DNA of 64,000 nt from Styela clava (taxonomy: Eukaryota), in the NCBI RefSeq assembly GCF_964204865.1, contig NC_135253.1, positions 16,182,001-16,246,000 on the forward strand. The letters run 5' to 3'. The notes under the pieces are model-generated. The model had not been told where the DNA came from. It did no database searches and worked only from the letters and a program-made list of their open reading frames with translations. Shown piece after piece: positions 15,301 to 27,870 of the stretch; position 1 is the first letter of the stretch, and each line of letters opens with the position of its first letter. Made by a program: the position numbers and the translations under genes.

Positions 15301-16962
15301 ACATTGATTGAAATCAGTGAAGCAAATTGGATTGATATTCGCTTATGACACTGTTATACATTATGATATTAATTTTTCAACAACTCTTGGACAGACAAAT
15401 CCGTGTGGAAACATATATTATTTCACTGTAGCTATGAATGTGTTAATATTATTTCTACCGAGGTGAGTTTGGGGTGTGGCACAATTTGTAAGGACTTATT
15501 ACATAGTGACTTATTAGTGTTGTAAATCGTGTATGTTCGTCAATCTTTGAAGAAATAAAAATCGAAATATTTTCTCACCCTCTCCTTTACGTTTGCGGAT
15601 CCCATAAATTATGTTTAGATCTATTCATATATTACATATAACGGTCGAGATTGCTCGTTATTTAATGAGCAATTTGACGGCAAGATAAACAGCGATAAAT
15701 ATATATCGCTATCCTATTAGACTAGCTAGGGATATCGGAACTAAAATTTCGCATGGTCAAAACAACCGAAAATCACAGTGAAAAATAGCGACGGCTTATG
15801 ATTTGATTTCGTTGTCATTTGACATCATTCTACATGATTATTGTGTGTTCAGAGAATATATTTTGCTTTTACATATACGGTTAAAGACCCCAAACGTGAA
15901 ACAAAATACGCATATATTACATATACGCATGATCGAAAAAACTGAAAAATCACAGGGAAAAATAGCGTCAGCTTATAATCGGTACAAATCTAATAATAGG
16001 TATTTAATGCCCGAGAGTGTTTACCAAATATAACCGCCCTTTACAACAGTGGTTCGGCGGTGAACAGCACTAGAACACGAATACCACTTACTGTGCGATA
16101 TCCTGTGAAACTTGTCTGTCAACCAAGTGACTCTTCGCCTGCATTTGTATGATGGGAATTTCATCAGAAAGTTCGCAAGAAGTACCGAGATCCCCACATC
16201 CTGATATATCTTCCGTGAACAGTTGCTGAGGAATAAGTTGTACGTCGCACAATTTAGCAATCAAACATTAAATTTTTACATTGGTAACAATTTGAAAAAC
16301 AACCGTAAGATGGGATATTTAATTGTATAAAACTTGCTGATTAATATACGATAAATCGGTACAACTTTTTCCGCGTCCTTTATGAGCAAAATTTAAAATG
16401 ATCAACTAAAATACAATCTTTCAAATCCCACCGAATAAGCAACGAACAAAGGGTAGGTCCTGCCCTAATTTTGGGTATACATTATTAAATTTAACTATTA
16501 CAAAAATAATAATAGAAATAAAAGGCCAGCGTGTTTATTCAAATATGCATGCCCAGTGGAGTACTTTAATTTAATGTAGTCGTGGTTTTGTATTAAAGGT
16601 AATACAATTCTAACTTTTTTCACTGATATCGTGAAAACACATTTACATTCAAATACTAAAAAAGGCGTCAGAGATAAAACACAACAAAAATTTATATTCA
16701 TATAATAAACAATATTGTAATCTTACCTCCGCAAGTTTATCAATTTTTTCATTCATGTCTGGGCTGTATTTATTTGAACCTAGGCGTCTTCGTGAATGTC
16801 TAAAAAAATATATATGTGAATAGTACATGATGCAATTCACAATTATTAAAGCACAATTATTCGCAAATAATACTCACCCCTTACTTGGTGAAGTAGCTCC
16901 ACTAACGTTATTTGTAGTCGAAGTTTGCTCGCGTAGCGGTGAACGAACCGGCGGTCTTTCAC
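337..16962 (-). CDS. AMPD2: AMP deaminase (AMPD2-like), multi-exon; 3' end lies beyond the window start
   Basis: Phase-consistent GT-AG exons, 5'->3': 16878-16962, 16727-16799, 16092-16225, [11752-11925 optional], 10056-10152, 9587-9709, 8604-8658, 8393-8534, 7667-7756, 7212-7341, 6054-6185, 5363-5445, 4694-4805, 3951-4114, 2327-2453, 1582-1742, 337-457. Motifs: [55 protein letters not shown] (HxH zinc ligands), [61 protein letters not shown]. The N-terminal KLAEQLFT...VDRQVSQDI resembles AMPD2 EIAEELFT...LERQISQDV. One-to-one orthology to vertebrate AMPD2 is not established. Confidence 0.95.
498..1020. mobile_element. piggyBac-type MITE
   Basis: TTAA on both flanks (494-497, 1021-1024); termini CCCTTTCCATG and CACGGAAAGGA. 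Confidence 0.75.
2157..2260 (+). mobile_element. Degenerate tRNA-derived SINE head
   Basis: A-box-like TGGCCAAGCGG and B-box-like GGTTCAATTCCC; no intact cloverleaf. Confidence 0.5.
3400..3803 (+). mobile_element. Internally deleted mariner relic
   Basis: Peptide [22 protein letters not shown] matches the mariner WVPxxLT linker. Right end CCTTTTTAGCCACACCTCG|TA is a mariner-style TIR plus TA. Left TIR not found. Confidence 0.7.
8782..8992. mobile_element. Palindromic MITE family A (TTAGGG-containing arms)
   Basis: Long inverted arms (CTCCCGAAGTAT..AAGATGGCGGACACCGGAA..GGGTTAGGCCATAATT). Same family as 10286-10520 and a degenerate copy near 8130-8330. Confidence 0.85.
9047..9434 (+). mobile_element. 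Non-autonomous Helentron-type element (HINE/DINE-1-like)
   Basis: 5' subTIR ACTTATAGATCG, internal TGTC/TGTA microsatellite, 3' subTIR CGATCGATAAGT, then hairpin CGGTT-CCC-AACCG; T-rich ends. Confidence 0.7.
10286..10520. mobile_element. Palindromic MITE family A
   Basis: About 75-bp near-perfect terminal inverted repeats, GGTACTCCC...GGGAGTACC. Confidence 0.88.
11752..11925 (-). CDS. Candidate AMPD cassette exon (174 nt, phase 2-2), proline-rich
   Basis: AAATAG acceptor, GTGAGT donor. Open and in frame with both neighbouring exons ([58 protein letters not shown]). Length is a multiple of 3. It could instead be an alternative first exon starting at ATG 11879. Confidence 0.7.
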
Positions 16963-18109
16963 CTTGTAGTAAATTATAGTCATAAATAGAACAATAAAGA
17001 CTGAAAATATGCATAAATAGAAAACCACATTGCAATGAACGAAAAGTATTATAAAATCGTCCCACACAAACTTAATTTAGCTACATATATACAGAAGAAT
17101 CCAGAGATTTATGTTAGGAAACAAAATGAACGCAAAGCGATGTATGAGATGGTCTAATATAGTCCAAAGATTTTTTTTCTAAAATCAGGTTGTAAACCGT
17201 ATTCCGATTTCCCACTGTCGTTCATATCGCGTGACTAAAAAACTCAACAAAGCACTTATTAGCCACCTTATGATACTATCTTGCACATCACTATGTTATC
17301 AACATCTCATGATAAGATCTGTATATTTGACTAAAAATGTCACAGCGCCGATAATTTCGAAAGGACGTAGTCGTATCTGAATGTTCATTTGAGCCAATCG
17401 ATATATAAATTGGCTTTTAGAGGCTGGCGTCAATCAATCTAGTTGTGAACTCGACAATTCCTTTCTCCATAGTTAAAACAGGTATCTGGGACTGGCATTT
17501 TAACGACTCTAATGCACCATATATGAGGGATGGGCTGACGATAAACTGGCCATCTTCAATGTATCAAAGCCATTAAAATATCAATAGAATTTACCCAGCG
17601 TCTATTTTGAGTATATTTATAGCTCTGAACAACGTAGCCGATATTTAATAAGCAATAATAGCAATCAGTCAATAACAGGATTATTGCTTTTCGGCACAAA
17701 TAACGGCGTTTAGTTTGTAATAACTTGCAACGCTTCAGCTGGTGCATTGAAGGCAATTCAATATTGTTGCAAGTAAATAGCGAAAATGGTATTTAGATGG
17801 AAACAATGTCTTATGATTTCTAGCGCTTTGTACTCGATCAACACATTGCATTTTATTTAATGTATATTACAGCAATACAGTACATACAGTAATTTTGTTC
17901 TCACGTTTTGCATAGGGTATTTAAAACCTACCCATAAATGTAATTGCGATGTTGTGGACCATAATAGCCTTCCTTTTTACATTATATTATAATATTGAGA
18001 CATCATTGGACAAATTAATCACTACCTATACCTCGTATTTTGAGCATTACGAAAATAAATCTATCTTCAAAAATAGAATTCGCCAATAGATACAGAATAT
18101 TTATCAAGT

Positions 18110-18945
18110 AAACAAGAGAGCTACGCACAAATATATGGACACGTTAGACCAGAGCGAATCAGTCTTTACCGGTACCTTTGACGCTACCGGTACCCTCAAA
18201 AAAGTTCTGAATTTCCAGTAGCAAGAATTTTGCAGAATTAAAACGTACAGCCAGTCATGACACTGACTAAAATCCGTGTTCCCATGGATAAAAAATAATA
18301 CAGCAAAATTTTAGACGAAATATCAAATTTCATAGAATTCACGCAAAATTTTGAAATAAATAAAAGTAATAGCCTTCTAGCGAAAAAATTAATCTTTAAC
18401 CACTGAAAATTTCAAAGCAATTGGTCCAGTATTCGAAGAGAAAAGCGACTTTTTAAAAACGTGTCAAAGAACAACAACAACATAATATTGAAACGATCGT
18501 TATGGCCACTAAACGTGTCCAATAATTTATTTTTATTGCAATTTCAATCTTTCAGGAAAACTTCAATCTTGAACAAACGTGTCCAAACTTCAAGAGCGCG
18601 TTGCTCAAATATATGGACACCAAGATCAAAAGTAGTGCGGGTGAGCAATCTGTCACAGTAGACTTCGAGTACCGCAGTTGTCACGACTAACACAAACGCG
18701 GAACCGCTACGAAGTGCGCAATTTTTGATGACGTAATCGCACACAAAAAACCGAAGCTCTGAGAGACAGAGAAATTTTTGAATTAAATAATATCAAAGCC
18801 CTCCTGACAAAAAATACAGTCTCTAACCACTGAAAACTTCAATAAAAATTGGTCCAGTAGCTAATGAGAAAAGCATTTTTCTATGACACTAGGAATAAAA
18901 ATACAACAACAACAAAATAGCAAAACCATTCATAGGTCCACTTTC
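18110..18945 (-). mobile_element. Two adjacent related Helentron-type elements (~18110-18526 and ~18590-18945)
   Basis: Both begin CAAGAG..GC.CAAATATATGGACAC and share AACCACTGAAAA..TTGGTCCAGTA and an (AAC)n tract. The first has the subTIR pair TGGACACGTT / AACGTGTCCA. Confidence 0.6.
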
Positions 18946-21585
18946 AGTCATAGTAAACAAGGTACAGGGGGTATTTTAGGAATAACAATATAAAGTCAAG
19001 CTCCAAGTTTCTACTCATATTCGTCTAACTAAAATCGATTCCTAATTCTTTTTGTACCCCTTTTCAGGCATCCATAAAAATCATCCACCTACTGTCCTAC
19101 TATATTCTTATAAATATTTCACCATATACACCAATTAAACGGCAATGCGGCTTGAGTAAAATTCTTTATAACCTTGCAATAGATGTTTCTTCGCAACAAA
19201 ATCTAGACAAACAAAACAGTTGGAATCGATCTAACAAGAAATATCGACTGCAAAAATGTCTTTTTTCGCCAACTCAACAAGTCAAAATAACTTAAGTACA
19301 GGGTTGGTTTAAATCGTCCTCGTAATTACAGCGCATTGTTAATTATTACGACGTTTGCAATGGATCTTATTGTTGTTTTATCAGACAGCAGAGGTAATAA
19401 ATCAATTAGCAATGGTTTTACAATAATTGAAAAGAGTTAGCAACACGGAAAAAATGAATAATAACTTACGTGATAAATCATCGTGTTATTAAAACAGCGT
19501 CCAAACGCCTGATTAACGACAAACAATGTCAAATTTTTTTTTTCAAAATCTAAGTTAGGAAATGTTTCGGAAATAACAAAAAAACTACATTCAAAAAAAT
19601 AAATAAATGAAAAGGGTGGCCGTCAAATGTCGATGGATGAACAGCATTAAAAAACAAAGCCAGCGATGGTTAAGATGTTATGATTAATAGCTGGACTAAA
19701 TATAACCACGTGATAGCATCTGCTTGTACCCCTAAACGATATGATTCAGAGCTACAAATAAACTTATTGACGGTAAATACGATAAACATTTAGGAAAATT
19801 ATAAGTGCGTGTCTTTGGTGCGGTAACTATGCGGACTGCAATTTCGTAAAATAAAACTAACCGAATGAGTTCTGACTGTATAAAGTACAAATAAATATAG
19901 TTCAAAATAAACGCATGCATATTGCACAATCATAATGTAATTGTAAATATTTGTCGAAATTAATACTGTAATATGAGAAAATTCTTCAATACCATTTGCT
20001 GATATCGCGGGAACTTAGTCAAACAAAAGACACGGGCCACGCCTTTGCTTATTCGAAAATATTATGATTGGTAATCAGAACAAGAATGTTTTCTGTGATA
20101 CACTATTTGAACATAAACGATTTGCGACAACGATTACGTGGGAGAATAAGAAAACATCAATTATTCGAATTACTTAGGCGGGCGTTCCCGCATTCGGAAA
20201 ATAGCCAGCGAATTTAATAATAAACAAATGATATGTGCAAACGTGAATTTGGTGAATCCAGTTTTAAATCAATATCACAAAAATCAACGAGTTCCTAACA
20301 TTCCTAACAAAATTTGGTGATTCGACGATCAGACATAGACTGAATCAAAATCGTGTAAGGTAACTCTAGTCACGCCGATAACAGTTGTATTTCAATTCAG
20401 AAAAATAGCGATGTCATACCCCAACAAGACGATAATTTTAACTGGCGTAATATGCTCTATTGTATGAAAAAAGACGAACTGTTGGCGTACCTACCACGAA
20501 CTAATTACTTTTTAACTCGAGTGAGCTGCTGTATTCTCTCTTTGTTTGTCGCAATATCGTTCGCGGTAAATACTATTTCGGACAATACACATAGAGCGTC
20601 ATATACTGATGCTCAAAGAGGATACGGATACGAGTGTCGCCACCAGGTAAACAAACAGAAAATTATGTCGAAATCACACCACTTCTTGACTCGCATACCT
20701 CCAAACCAATTAGTAATCGCTTATGTGCAATATCAGCAGAGTGCAAATTATGCAGCAAAATGTAGCATTATGTCATCGACAGAAAATATCAATGTGTTAT
20801 CAAATATTGACAAACGTCGCGTTGTAGCAGCCAAGTTAAAAAGATGCTTATATGATAATTCAGACTTGAGAAAAACATTCCGCGACAGACCTCAAATTTT
20901 ACAGCGAAATTATTGACTAGCAATCTCATAATACTAACACGATTAAAAGTGGTTGTGCTATTGATCAATCTACCCTGCATCACGCTACAAACTAAAACAG
21001 CATAGCATACGGCAAACCTGTCTTTGTCGAGTATTATAAATCACTTAGCGTGCAAATTAAATGTCAGCATCGCTTCAAGATGTAAAATATAAACATAGGA
21101 TGCGAGCAGTCGAGGACAAAGAGAATTGAACAACATATGACTCAGGCGAAGGAAACCTGCGATGATTAGCGACGACAGAATATAAATAAAGCGACTCGAA
21201 GGCAAATTATGTACATAATAATCTGATTTTATATCGAATCAGCATTTCTAAGGATTCATTCAAAGCAAAGTCAAAATATGTCACCTACAACCGAAACCTA
21301 GAATTGAAATCGCAATTGTTTTCAAAATTATATTGATATTGACGCCCAGGGATTTCTGTTATTTTAAGCGAAATAACACTGAAATAAAGCGCTACTTCAT
21401 CAAATGATATCAATTGGCCAAATCTATAGGGAATCGTTAGTGATACCTCAAGGTATGGTAGATTTATGGGACAAATTCAAAGAACAATATGCAAAGGTGA
21501 ATGTTGTATACGGCGTACACTGCATGTGGGAGGCCAGGGCGAATGGGTACTACTTACAAACTGAAAACATAACCACAGCAAATAC

Positions 21586-21646
21586 CTATATTTAATCCAC
21601 TCAAATAAACCTTTTTTAAAAATCTGCTCAATTCTATGACATACAT
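21586..21646 (-). CDS. Candidate alternative first coding exon of AMPD (MYVIELSRFLKKVYLSGLNIG)
   Basis: Strong acceptor TTTTCTCCTTAATACAG (exon starts 21692), ATG at 21646, donor ATAG|GTATTT in phase 1, matching the phase-1 exon at 16962. Confidence 0.45.
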
Positions 21647-23651
21647 GAGAGAGTTTGAGTTCAACTTCTGTTACATCATTTGTTGGCACTACCTGTATTA
21701 AGGAGAAAATTACACCACAATACAACACTAATCAAAACAAAGCTACTTTTCGGAAGAACTCAATCGTGATCAACAATCATTGTTCAGTTCAACTCAAGCC
21801 ACTAGACTGTTGAAATCACCAAGAAGAGCTCTTAGCGGCAATCCACCGTTCATAGAAGGATATCACAATGAAAGAAGTAATCGTTATTGCGCATGTAGAT
21901 GAAATCATTCCGCACGCAACTCAATAACACGCAGTAAACAACGCTTGGCTGAATACGGAATGTTTCACGGAGTCCACGGTTCCCATTTCGATAAAATCCA
22001 GATTCAGAATTCTATGGCAATAGCCGAAATTAATCAAATACTTTAATTTCGGAAACCATAATATATATTATTATCACTCACTCAGGTGAGTGAACACGTA
22101 CCCATTCTTCTTGGCAAAACCCCTCATCTTATACTCTGTATGTTTTAAACCTTATCTAAGGTTTTGTTTGCTCTCGTGATTTCATAATCAGTGTTTATAT
22201 ATTTGCTTTTATCAATCATTTTATAAACTGTTAGGCTGATTATGAGGTCGAAAGGTCGAAATAAATTTATACTAATACTTATCACACTATTACAGGAAAG
22301 TATTTGGAACTTAGATAGTTAGTTGGAAATATAACTAAGTCCCAAATACAAAATTTAATGTTATTCGGATTTAGTTTACCCCGTTTTAAGTTATATGCTC
22401 CTTACTTAAACTCTTTTTGATTGTCACGGCTACCATTAAATTAAGCGTTATTTTATAACTCTAACTAAATGTAATAATCTTCAAAAGCGCGCCATAACTC
22501 TAACCATGCCTTATTGACATACTCCGTCTAAAGTTATTGGTGACTGTGTACATTGTGAAGTGAAGAAATCGATCGAAGAGCGCAAGGACTAAAAATCGAT
22601 CAAAAAAATACAGGCATTTACGTTTCGTAACATGAAATAGAACATGATACGATGCCAGCCACATGGACCGCATAAGATTAAATTAAGCATGGCCCCTTTG
22701 ACTGCATGCGCATACTATCGGTAATTTGTCTGAGTGTATGAACTAGCAGTGGAATTGATAGAAAATCAATATAAATATTGCTTTGTTATAGCCCTTAAAT
22801 GCATCAGGCAGTGACGTACGTGTGGCGTTTAAAAACACTTTTTCCAACAACAGTTTTTTTCTAACTAATTTTCTTTGCGCTGATATAAACATACAAAATT
22901 GATAAAAATAATGACGTCGGAATTGTTCCGCTTACAATATACCGTAATAACCGCTAGTGAGAGACTTTTCCACTATTTACTAAAAACCTAATTAAAATCA
23001 GAAAACCACTAATATGGTATTGCATTAAATTCTAGTTGCATCTTCGGCACGAAAATAACAGCAAATCAATAGAAATGATATTTTTCATATCTATACGGGA
23101 AGATAACAAACCCGAATATACGGCTTTATTAGCAACTGGCCAACCGCGCACGGCCTCTCCCTCTGTTGCCAATCCGAGTCATATATGAGAATAGATAGCT
23201 ATGTTACCAGATAATAAGTGATGTGAACGTTATTTTTTTATCGGTACAGGAGGGACATCTAGTGTGTGTGTATCTAATGCAGGTTGCCTGCAGTGCCCGG
23301 TAACTAACAACAGACATATCAGACCATTCCAACTATGACTGTTTGGTAACATTATCCAAATTCCTTCCGACAAAAACTCGAACAAAATAGCAACTGAAGA
23401 ACATAGTCGGGTGTTCACAATAAACACATACCCACCTAATTTTCTTTTAAATAGGACAGGTATCTGAGAATAGGTATTCAAATTTTGTATAAATGAGCTT
23501 TGAATCGAACTTTAAACTAGTTTATTAATAAATAGGGATAATATAAATTATTTCATAGAGGCAATGTTTTCTAATTTATTTACAATATCACATTTGGCAT
23601 ACTTAATCCAGACTATGTACTCAGAAAACAAAACTCAAATATGATCTACAA

Positions 23652-24111
23652 CAGGGGCCGGCAACCTTTTGTCGCTCGCGGGCCAAAATTAAGGGTTGCA
23701 AGTCATTGGCGGGCCGCATATATTTTTAGAAAGTTGAAAACCGAACGAATGATACTTTTTTATTATAAAAATCAAGCAGTGATACTTCTATAGAATGGAA
23801 TATAGATTTATTTCCTCATTGCGCATCTCAAAAAAATCCATTTGAATATTTTCGGCGCAATTGAACCCTCAACTTTTATTCGTTTTGTTGCCATTTGTCT
23901 AATTATAATTAAATTATAGGCTCATTAAACGAGTAATTGACAATTTTATACTTGTTGATTATAATATAATTTATTCGACACATGCCTCACACAATAAATT
24001 CTGTGACGTGGAGAATATAATCGTTAAAAACGGCTGTTTTGTTACTATAATTCAGTGAAGCGTTGCGGGCCGAATTATATTACTCCGCGGGCCGTAGGTT
24101 GCAGAGCCCTG
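23652..24111. mobile_element. hAT MITE
   Basis: 8-bp TSD ATCTACAA; termini CAGGGGCCGGCAACC and GGTTGCAGAGCCCTG; GCGGGCC subterminal motifs. Confidence 0.9.
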
Positions 24112-25073
24112 ATCTACAACCACAATCATTGTACAAATGTAAGATTTTTTCGAAAAACCTCGATCCATCAATTTTCACTTTCCGTGAGATTATTGAGACA
24201 GAAATCATTGAAATAGGAATTGCAATGTGTAACAGATTCTTTTGATATTTATCACTTCAGTTCTAACTGGCAGGATTGCTAGTCAGAAACAGAATAAACA
24301 GGCAATAAACCTAATGGGTCCGGATGTAAGTAGATCTCATATCAATACAGAAAATCATAACACCAATAAAGCCTAAAAAATATCTATCCTGGCGCTTCTA
24401 TTTTAACTGTAAGCATGCTTTTTGATTCAAAATTAATGATAAAATCGCATTATACATTAAATGAGAATTGCAGCATGCCAACACACTATGAACATAAATA
24501 TTGAGTTGATGTTGAAATAGGAAACCTCAATTGAAATAGGCAATAAACCTCAATTCTAGATGTGTGTGCTGTGCTGTGTGGATATCAAACCAATTCAATA
24601 TCTGATATATCAAGGTGTGTTAGCTTGGTATAAATAAGAGTATAAGTCATGTTTCAATGACATTTGTGGTAATTGAATAGCAAGATATCTGGAATGTCAA
24701 TATGGAATAAAATGATAAACATAAGATGAACTATGGCTCGAAACTAGCTTTGGAAATTAATCAAATTATTGAGGTCCTGAAGCATTTTTTCTGCACAGAA
24801 AAATTTCTTCAGCATTTTTATGCAACATATTTATACGCCTTTTGCTCTGCATAAGCAGCCACTGCTTGATAAGGATGTACTATAGCTTGAGAGGTACGAA
24901 ATTTTTTGAGTTCGGGATTGTCTACCTAATACATCACCCTGAGTGAGGTAGTGAGCTCAAGATTATCACCTATGATGACATCCTAGTTAAGTCTCAACAC
25001 CCTAATATTCACTATACAACCGCAGCCACAAAACTAAACCCTTATAATAAATAAACACTAAAAAATATCTTAC

Positions 25074-25127
25074 TTGGTTCTTTCATTGCATCAGCTGGTG
25101 TAAGAGTAGCTGGCCTTTGTTGTTTTT
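25074..25127 (-). CDS. Candidate upstream AMPD exon (KQQRPATLTPADAMKEP)
   Basis: TATTTCAG acceptor, GTAAGA donor, 54 nt, phase 1-1, in frame with the exon at 16962. Confidence 0.7.
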
Positions 25128-26170
25128 CTGAAATATAAATTAAAGCAAATTGAAAACGAGTGTACATAACCTTCAGCCTAGTGCAACGAACCTAAATAAA
25201 AAACACATGCCAGATATGTTAAGAGAAACCTCGCATTCAATATATTATACACAAAGAATGCAGTTATAGTTCAAAAGTTGAAACATTATTAAATAATATT
25301 TTTACAGGTTAAGAATATGGACGATGATTGTTACATTTAAGAATACACTAGGTATTGGCATTCACGCTAATATATTATAGGCATAGATAACATGGATGAA
25401 ATAAATTTACATCAACTAAATTAATAAATTATTTAACATCAATAGAACCCACAAAATGATATTAGAAGAAACTTTTTTGCCTCAGATGGTCTGTTTCTCC
25501 AAAAAGATGAGCATATATAAGCTTCTGATATGCTGTGATTAAGTAGACGAATGGCAGATCATTTTATGTTTATTGTATTTGAATATAATTCCTTTCAATT
25601 CTAATTATTTTGATTTATTGAAGGTGAGTAAAATCCGGTGCACTGACTTTAAAAATCTAATTATATGATATAATTGCCAAAATATTTCAGTTTTTTAGAA
25701 TGTTTGGATTTTTAAACCTGAGAATTTGAGTTGACATCACAGTGCCCTCTAAAACATGTTTGGTAAACTATGTAAAACCAGTATGATGTAGCACCTATTT
25801 AACAGCTTTTTTTGCACCTGAGAGACTGAAAGCAAAGGTATCATGTTAATTCTGACTTTGAACCAGACAACCAATATTTTTGATGGCGTCAAACATCAGT
25901 AGCCAGTAGATACTATAAGTGGCCCTCAGATATCTTCATCGTCTCAAAAAGTTTGTCATTTTTAGTTTGTAATAGAATGCTAATGTCTGATGAATGTAGA
26001 AACCACCGCACGAGACCATGTAACTGTAATTACAGAATTAAAAATACTCAATCACACAAATGCCAAGATGGGTCATACAAACATATTTAATTCCTGAATT
26101 TGTATTGACTGATTGTGAATTGACGAATATAATTACAGAATTATACCATTCTAATTGCTGAATTCCTCAC

Positions 26171-26198
26171 CTATAGGTTTCTCCACATTAGAGGACAT
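26171..26198 (-). CDS. Candidate AMPD start exon (MSSNVEKPIE)
   Basis: ATG at 26198, donor ATAG|GTGAGG in phase 1, joins the exon at 25127 in frame. Possible acceptor CTGCAG at 26250-26251. Confidence 0.55.
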
Positions 26199-26422
26199 TG
26201 CAATATTGTATAACGTTACAGTGGACAGCACAGATAAATCTTTGAAGATCTGCAGCTTCAAAAAATTGTCTCTGCCAGTTAACCAGAATACTGTTTTATG
26301 ACCTAGTACTGGTACCGGTAGTACGGTATGCTAATACATAAGTCTGTAAGTACAGAAGTAGGTTAAGTCAATGAAATAATAATATCAGAAGATTACGGTA
26401 CGGTACCGCCGTACCGGTATGG

Positions 26423-26866
26423 GGGTCTCATGTAGTTTCCTACCTAACATACTTCTAGTGGGCGTAGCATGACAATTTTTTCACGTATCAATCCTAACCC
26501 CCACCTGACTACACCATCCAATAATTACGTCATTACGACGTCACAATGACGTAATACAGCCCTTCAAACTATACGAACTGCCATCCAAGACGCGCAAACG
26601 AGCACCCGAAATCGAACAGTTAGTTCTCTCGTCGCAACGATTCCAATATGAGAGAAACCGATAACGTCAGTCAGTTCTTTATCGTCGGCGCCAATGCCAT
26701 TTCGGTCGATTGTACGTATGTTTGGCAAGCTCTATGACGTGATTGTGATGTCGTAGTGATTTAATTTTTGGATGGCGTAATCAGATGGGGGTTAGGATTG
26801 ACATATCAAAAAATTGTTATGCCACGCCCACTAGAAGTACGTTAGGTACGAAACTACACGAGACCC
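26423..26866. mobile_element. Palindromic MITE family B
   Basis: About 125-bp inverted arms, GGGTCTCATGTAGTTTC...GAAACTACACGAGACCC; 8-bp TSD CGGTATGG. Confidence 0.9.
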
Positions 26867-27630
26867 CGGTATGGTACCGTACCTTTCTGTTTGTGCATGA
26901 TTATATTATACTTATACCGCAAAGTTTCAGTACTAGGATTTTTTTTTCTGGGCCTCCACGAACACGCCAAACCCCCTGTCGATTACCGACTAAATGGGTG
27001 TTACTTGGAACGTGAAGCCTTTCGTTTTTGTTTCTGTGCGAAACTGTTTATCGCGTTCTGTAACTGTAACTGTTTGTGTCGATTAATTGACCTTTGACAC
27101 ATGCAAACGCATCGCTCGCAAGCCGTTTGGTGTTCCGCGGTCACTGATTACACGCTGTGATTTCTGGGTCTTCACGCAGGGATCCGTGATTGCACGCCCG
27201 ATATCTCGTGGAAAAAGAGCAATGAAATCCAGACTCTCTTGGGAAGTCCCTTTTTCTCCAAAGGTAAGTTCTCTCTAGAGAGAGAGAGAGTTTATTTCGT
27301 TTTGTCAAACCAAGAAAACAATATGTACATACATACATATATAAATATCAAATAAACAGATGTTTTTAGTATATGACTGGGAAGCAACGATACGACCTTT
27401 GGGGGTCATCAAAGTCAGTTGCCACCCAATTCAATTAAATAAGCATAAAAAAAAATAACAGGTTCAGTGTCAATATATCAATACCTCATATTTTCGATTA
27501 CTATATACAATATTTACATGTAATTACCATTTTTCATTATCAATTAAATTTCAAAAATATAAAAATGATCGAAACGAAATAGATTGGGAGTCCAGGCACT
27601 CAGATACAAATTATTTGGGAAATGAGCTAT

Positions 27631-27870
27631 TAGCTTGGCATATTGACTTAATAAAATGAAGAATGTAACATTTTATAACACGATTTGGGACAATTTGAAT
27701 GTGTACATTTAATAGTCATAATCGAATACGTAAAATTATATGAAATCATTTTACAGAGTAAGTATCATGAATGCAATATAAGCTTGGCATATTAGCCTTA
27801 TGAAATAAAAAAAATGAAGAATGCAACATTTTATAACATGATTTGGGACACTTTAAATATGAGCATTTAA
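27631..27870. repeat. Diverged tandem duplication, period ~150 bp
   Basis: AGCTTGGCATATT...AAAATGAAGAATG.AACATTTTATAACA.GATTTGGGACA occurs at ~27632 and ~27782. Confidence 0.75.

Noticed and set aside
15644-15709. Two short hairpins as a pre-miRNA candidate
   Set aside because: The stems are too short for a pre-miRNA and there is no other support.
20452-20916. 154-aa plus-strand ORF in an AMPD intron
   Set aside because: No recognisable motif, composition typical of AT-rich non-coding DNA, no supporting splice structure.
21586-21692. Phase-0 reading HVCHRIEQIFKKGL resembling a RUN-domain helix
   Set aside because: Too short, no further RUN exons found, and its phases do not fit the flanking AMPD exons.
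27518-27525. ATGTAATT as the partner TSD of the hAT end at 29702
   Set aside because: An AT-rich 8-mer expected by chance, and not followed by a matching TIR.
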